From assembly GCA_012295275.1 (NCBI GenBank), contig CM022674.1:16058001-16122000 (forward strand): a DNA stretch of 64,000 nt, in the 5' to 3' direction. The notes under the pieces were generated by a model. It was not told the DNA's origin. It saw only the letters and a program-made list of their open reading frames with translations, and searched no databases. The first letter of the stretch is position 1, and each line of letters starts with the position of its first letter. The DNA comes from Chrysomallon squamiferum (taxonomy: Eukaryota; Animalia; Mollusca). Of this stretch, positions 53,634-64,000 are shown piece after piece. The translations under genes were made by a program, and so were the position numbers.

Positions 53634-54289
53634 CCTGATTTATTAAAAAAAAAATACTCTGTAAGGCCGTGTTCTATAATAATAAACTGATGGAGTAAAA
53701 TAAACTATATGTAGTATACAACAATAAGCAATAAAGCTCTTGCACTTTATACTTATAAAAAGGTTGGTTTAGAAAAAAAAAAAAAAAACAAACTAAGATG
53801 GATATTGTTAAAAACAAGGCGGAGATCTGGATACTCCACTTTTAAATGTAGCCTCGTAATTGCATGCACGTTTCTTCCAGCGTATGTCTGTCCTTGTGTT
53901 TTTATATGTATAATTTAGCACTGACTATTCTTATGTACGTCTACTTAGCCTGTAGACAATATTCAGGGAAGCGCTATCACAGGTGGACAAAGTCAAATCA
54001 TCATTTGACCAAAATCCTCAGATGCCGCTGTCGAGACTCGTTCGCCCGCACTCCGAAGAGAGACAACGCTATCGTTGGGCCATCAAGCCAAGCTTGAAAA
54101 GGTTTCTCAGTAACCGAGGGTAATCATCGCTTCACACGAAGAACACTGTTTTTTGCATGTCGAAATTTTCGGGTGCATCTAAATTTTTTCAAAACCTGCC
54201 AATGGCAAGTATGTGTCGTCTGCTAATTTGTGTGTATGAGTGTGTTTGTGTGTGAGTGGATTTTATCTATGTATGTATTTATGCTTGAA

Positions 54290-54325
<36 letters not shown>

Positions 54326-54930
54326 TGTATGTATGTATGCATGTATTTATGTATGTATGTATGCATGTGTCTCTGTGTATGTATATCTGTCAGTGTGCTC
54401 GAGGATTTATTCATTGAAAAGTCAGAAGTATCTCAGATCTAAATAATAGGCTTCCGCATAACATTTACAAAATTAATATTTCTTCTATTTTGTTTCAGTT
54501 TTAAATCTATTTTCTTTAAATTTTGAATCGTCATGTGTTCTTCAAGAAATCTAGACTATAAAGAGAAGAACTCTTTGTCCATACAATTTGTGTTTTTCAT
54601 TTAAATATAAAACAAAACCGAGATGACACATCTAGAAGCGATATAGTTGTAATAGTCATAGTATTAGTACTAGTACCATAGGTAACAGTAGTAGTAGCAG
54701 TAGCTGCAGCACTAGTAACTGTAGTAGTAATAGTAGTAGTAGTAGTAGTAGTATTACTGTAAAGACTAGGGCTAATAATACAGTAATAGTAGTAGTAGTA
54801 GTAGTAGATGTAGTAGTAGTGGTAGTAGTAGTAATAGTAGTGATGGTAGTATTAGGAGTAGTAGTAGCTGCAGTTGTAGTAGAAGTAGTAATAGTAGCGA
54901 TAACAGTGGTAGTAGGAGTAGTAGTAGTCC

Positions 54931-56304
54931 ATGAATTACATGGAACGGCTTACCTCAAGATGTGAGTAAAATCCCAGTTTTGGCTTATAAAGATTTCATC
55001 AGTCGACTGAAGCTGTTTTTGGTATCTGCACCTCCAAAGAATGCACCTGCTGTATTTGAAAATGTACCGAGGCAAACCCTGCTGGTAAATTCATCAACCT
55101 GAAGAAACGTCAAACGACTGTGCATCAAACAATCGTCATATGCACATCGTATGCAATAAGACCGGTAACGAAGCATCTGTCGGAAACGACCAGCAGTATC
55201 GTGGTATGAAGAAGTTTGCTGAGAAAACTGGTCTGAGCGTTACCTCTGTCAAAGTTTGTTCGATTCCTGGTCTCCTTCGTTGTCTACAACGAAACGATCA
55301 GTACACCTTTATAGGATATTACGATTTAGCTCTTCCGGTTGAATATCGTGTAGCTTTGTCTAAAGCACCTGTGATGACGCTAGAACAAACTCTAGGATAT
55401 ATACTACCACCAGAAGAACGATCAGAAGATTCAGAAGAAAAAGACGAATGGAGTAAATGGAGGAAGAACTTTCAGTCTCATGGACGAAAACCTGAGACAA
55501 CTGCATCGGATATTCTTGCCCAGTACCTCACGTTGAAAGTACAGCATGAAGCGATTCAACAACAACACGGAGAAAAAATACCAGAACCTTTGTCAGAGGA
55601 TGAAATTATTGTAGATTAACCAAGGAAAATCCTTTGAACAAAAATCGACACCTCGATATGGAGAAAAAGTGATCAACGCTATCACCAGAGAAGAGAAGAG
55701 AAAACTCGTGTAAGCTGCCGAACGAGAGGAAGCTAAAAAATTAAAAGTAAGTTCGAAAGGCATGAAAATGACAGAAATAGCTAGTAGATTATTAGTTGTT
55801 TGTGTGGCAACAACCAGAGAACAATTAATTACTAGGGTTAGAAATTACAAACAAGAAGCAAACGAAATTTGTACAATACCTGGAGAAAATCAACCACTTG
55901 GTGGATTCACTTTTATCATGAGTGAGATTTCATTTGAGAGAGTTTTGAAGTCACAACTTGAAATTATGAATTCCAAAGTAGATCCGAAAGTGTCCATTAT
56001 TGACTATTTGAGAACATGGGAACCTCCAAATGATTTAGATTTGGCTGAACCTGAAGAAAGCATGATGGATTTTCTATATTGGTGTCGTCATGCTCAAATT
56101 GGTGGTATCAAACTTGCACGAAAACTAGTATCCATTCTTCGAAAACGTGATAATGACCGTTACTGTGTCTGCTTGATTGGAGAATCGACAACAGGTAAAT
56201 CGTATTGGATGATTGAACCATTCACGATTTTACAATCATCTGTAGTTGGACGTGCACTAATGACGCTGATTTGGTTTCGAGTCCTGCGTGAATAAAAATA
56301 TTAT
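54931..56304 (+). mobile_element. Endogenous parvovirus-like NS1/Rep fragment, copy 2 (HUH nuclease + Walker A)
   Basis: RHMHIV (HUH motif, 55134-55151), SIPGLLRCLQ (motif III with TGT where TAT is expected), LVSILRKRDNDRYCVCLIGESTTGKSYW (Walker A, about 56125-56208), then TNDADxGFESCVNKNII after two 1-nt deletions (56256-56305). Contains frameshifts and stops. Confidence 0.85.
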
Positions 56305-56440
56305 ACCTTTCTTTCTTTCTCCCTTTCACTGTCTGTCTTTCACTTACTCACATTTTTGCTCTCTGTTTCTATAATTATTAATTAATATTTAACTGTCAGC
56401 TACAAAATGTTTCATCTCTTTCATTTTTTTTTTTGATCAA

Positions 56441-57935
56441 GTATGTAAGTTCAACATCAAAGAACAGAAACAATATTTTACTCTTGGTTTGCAGAACTAC
56501 GCCAAGTTCCAAGTCATTCGAGATATCAGCAACAACCACACCAACTCAGCACTGGTCTTTACTGGAGACAAGTACTTACACACTTCATATTTATCAGTGG
56601 ATCATTATTTGTGTTTAGTAATTGGAAATATACAGCAACGTTTCTTAAATTTCAGTTTTAGGTTTTATCGATATAAGAATTTGTTTTTAATTTATGTATG
56701 TACAGTTACATTTAGAAATTATAATAATATCAGTAATGATGATGATGACATGATGATTAAAAAATAAATAATAATCATGCTATTTCTGCTACTTTAGTAG
56801 TAGTAGTAGTAATATTAATATTAATAATAATAATAAGAAGAAGAAGAAAAAGAAGAAGAAGAAGAAGAAGGAGAAGAAGAAGAAGAAGAACTAGACGACG
56901 AAGAAGAAGAAGAACAACAACAACAAATACAACAACAGCAACAACAACAACAACAAAAACAACAACAAATACAACAACAGCAGCAACAATAACAGAAAAT
57001 AAATTACAAAGAAAAGATTATGGTTTTATCGAAAGTATATTAAAATTGTAATTGATATATCTAAATATATTTGTTTTGAAGATTACAGGTAGCAAAGATC
57101 TAAAAAAAAAAATTAAATAAACAGTTTTGTTCTTAATGCTGATAGGTACATGCAGATTGCATGTAGATAAATATTTGAACTTATTTTCACTAGATTTATA
57201 ATCATGTACAAACTTCATTATTATGTACAATGAAAAAAGTATTTGTTTTTACTGAATACAGATACAGACACATTTTCTGTTCATAATATTTAAAACAAAA
57301 ATAAAATTAGGAATTTTATAAACAATTCAGTATTTATAATCAGAATTCATTATTTTTGTTGCATACAGATCTGTACATATTTCATCTTAACAAATATTGA
57401 AATATGTTTTTGCTTGATATATGTAGATATCTCATATTTCTAAACAAAATAATGTTTCAGTTGTATTTGAATTAACAAAAAATTATTCACTATATTCATA
57501 AATAAATTATTATAATTTATTCTTACTGAATATAGAGGTAAAAAAAGATCTTATATTTGTGAATATTTGAATTTATGGTCTTTCAGATTGCTATATATGC
57601 AAATTTAATATTTGTAAATAAAAATAATTTGCTTTTAATGTATATAAATACTTGCAGATATCATTTTTAAATAATAAGAATTAATTTTTAATGTGTACAT
57701 GTTTGATTTATAAATATATATAAAAATAGTTTTGTTGCATTCGATAGATAGTGGTCTGATATTTATCAGCATAACAACATACTTTTATTTTCAGGGTATA
57801 TAATTTACAAAATGTTATATTTATAAACATTAGTGACATACACACACACACAAGCATCAAAAGTAACATTTAAACAAAAATGACTTTGATGTAAATAAAA
57901 AGAATAACATTAATTTATTTATATATTTATTTAAA

Positions 57936-57984
<49 letters not shown>

Positions 57985-58529
57985 TCAGTGCAACAAAGGA
58001 AAACAATAATTAAGTTAATTTGTGATGCAACGAGAAAAGAGCCTGATGATGGTTTGTTTAAAATTATTGAAGATTCTGGTGTTGGAAATGTTGTATGTAA
58101 TTTTAAATGTAAAATTTGGGAAGTTCATATAAAGTATTTTAAAAATAGGTGCAGTGTTAATATTAAACATCAAAAATAATAATTGTAAATTTTGGAATTT
58201 GAAAACAGGAATTGTTGGCACTCTTTATAAGATTAATAATTTTAAAATATGGGATTTTAAAAATGTGCATTCATTTTGTACTATAAACTATAAGACATCT
58301 TTTCCTCTTCTCCATTTGTTTTTTGCTTCACATGCAAGCTTTGTTGAAAATACAATACTTTTCTGTCCATTCATGTTTTGTTGTTGTATTCATTATTGTT
58401 TAAATTTATTACTTTACTAGATGCATTTTTCAAATATATTTATTTATTTGTTTATAGACAGCAGAACTTCATCACCTGTGCTGTTGTCCAAATTGCTGTT
58501 TGAATGTCAATAATTCAGGTAAATGTATT

Positions 58530-58581
<52 letters not shown>

Positions 58582-58829
58582 TAACAATAACAGTAATAAT
58601 AATAATCATAATAAATATACTACCACTTCTATTACTACTACTACTACATTACTACTGCTACTACTACTACTAATAATAATAATGGTAATACTACTACAAT
58701 TAATGTTGCTGCTGCAGTATTCATGCTTTTACAGCTGGAACAAGAGCAACAGCAACTACTATCAGTATTAACAGTATTACTGCTATTCTTACTACTATAC
58801 TATTGCTACTACTGCTGTTGCTACAGTAG
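56441..58829 (+). pseudogene. MRH-domain gene fragment, copy 2, with possible hydrophobic C-terminal exon
   Basis: Exons 56441-56571 (acceptor mutated to caa), 57984-58092 and 58458-58518, plus a putative last exon 58735-58829 (GTRATATTISINSITAILTTILLLLLLLQ*). The FNPC exon is missing. Confidence 0.6.
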
Positions 58830-60278
58830 TAGTAGTAGTATTAGTAGCAGTAATAATAATAATAATAATATTAATAATATCACCATGGACACCTCATATA
58901 TGTTGCTTGGTTCAGGTTGTTTATTTTTATGCTCTGTTTGTAATTTAAGTAGCCCATCTTTGTAAATACTTGGGCCTTTGAGAAGTATTAGCCTTGAACT
59001 GATATCAGAATTCAAATAAAATAAAATAACATAAAATAAAGGAAGAAAAACAGAAGAAAAAAATAACCAGACAAGGTGCAGTAATCAGAGAAAACCCCCC
59101 AAAAAAATTCCCTCCCGCAGCAAAAATAAAGAGAAAAGAAAAGAAAGAAAGAAAGAAAGAAAAGGAAAAGAAGAAAAGAAAGAACAACGAAAGAAAAGAA
59201 AAGAAAAAAATATATAAAAAATCAGAAAAGAAAAGAAAAAATATATCTTCTAGACAGGACATGAACACACAACTTTCAATATCTTGGAGTACATTTGTAG
59301 AACAATATTGTTGCTGTTGGTGTTGTTGTTGTTATTGTTATTGTAGTTTTGTAATTTGCAGAGCTCTTTTCAAGTCTACCATTGATCACATTTCACAAAT
59401 TTGAAGAAAATTTCAATAAATGTATGACATTTAATTTGAATATTTTCAAAGTTTTAGTAAAATAAAAAGAATAATAATAATAATAATAAATAAAACACCA
59501 GTTAAAAAAAAAAATAAAAAAAAAAAAAATAAAAAAATAGAAACATACGCAAACAACAACAATAAACCAATTAATTGTTTTATTTTTACTGATGTTCTAA
59601 TCGAATAATGATGAAGTTTAAGTCCTCTCCAATACTAACCTATTTACCTAGTAACACAACTATTTATACAAATAAGTGTTACAACACTTGGTACATCACA
59701 CAACACTCACATTAAACCTCATTGCAGAGTTATATTTCTTGTACACCTTATTATGTAGCTTACAGTGCACACTATACAGAGTAATCGTTTACATTCAGTA
59801 TGTAGATAACAAGTTTAGATAATAATTTAATAGTGTCAGTAATGTTACCTTAATCTAGTGTATTAGTTACACACTCATAACAACATAATTGTGTATACTT
59901 TTACCTCAGCTTAAAGTGCAAATGGGGTAATTGTACATTAAATGAATTACCTGGTGTTAATGTATTTTAAAAAGAAATGTATGTGTGTGTCTGTATTAAA
60001 TAAAATCAATATCTATCTGTCTATCTGACTGTCTATATATCTGCCCATCTATTTGTCTCTTAGTACACAGATATACACATATATTTATGTTTTTTCTATC
60101 TATCTTTCTATCTATCTATATACAGACATAGATGTAGATTTGTTTTGTATATATATATATATATATATAACAATCTATAATCTATGTCTATCTGTATATC
60201 TGTCTGTAAACACATACACATACTTGTGTCTTTATATATATGTGTGTGTTTGTGAAAATAGTTACTTACCTGAACAAT

Positions 60279-64000
<3,722 letters not shown>

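Larger units (their letters stand above)
51140..54650. repeat. Old segmental duplication, copy B (paralog of 280-4650)
   Basis: Same colinear blocks as listed for copy A. Confidence 0.85.

Noticed and set aside
54931-56304. Helitron call for the HUH-containing element
   Set aside because: Helitrons use a PIF1/SF1 helicase, whereas the Walker A, B and B' spacing here is SF3, NS1-like.
58093-58420. OB-fold-like peptide NCKFWNLKTGIVGTLYKINNFKIWDF (also 50600-50800)
   Set aside because: It lies just after the MRH exon donor in AT-rich intron and the paralog has stops, so the resemblance is probably chance.

Overview
AT-rich, microsatellite-dense eukaryotic (animal) DNA with spliceosomal introns. 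The gene content suggests an invertebrate, plausibly a mollusc, but that is an inference. Most supplied ORFs are microsatellite artefacts. The window is a mosaic of segmental duplications carrying four disrupted or truncated gene fragments: a PCSK7-like convertase (18.6-21.8 kb), an Ig-superfamily receptor with cytoplasmic Tyr motifs (26.4-29.9 kb, inverted partial copy at 60.3-64 kb), a calmodulin-like gene (39.5-40.7 kb, minus) and a mannose-6-phosphate-receptor-homology (MRH) domain gene in two direct copies (47.5-51 kb, 56.4-58.8 kb). Mobile elements include a 5'-complete Tx1/L1-clade LINE, older LINE remnants, MULE and THAP remnants, TA-flanked MITEs and several satellites. The most notable signal is a parvovirus NS1-like (HUH endonuclease + SF3 helicase) endogenous element in two opposite-orientation copies (38.6-39.4 kb minus, 54.9-56.3 kb plus). 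Their deletions are complementary, so together they give HUH, Walker A, Walker B and B' motifs. All calls come from manual translation and comparison. Some indels fall in homopolymers and may be assembly errors, and there is a 200-N gap at 45449-45648.
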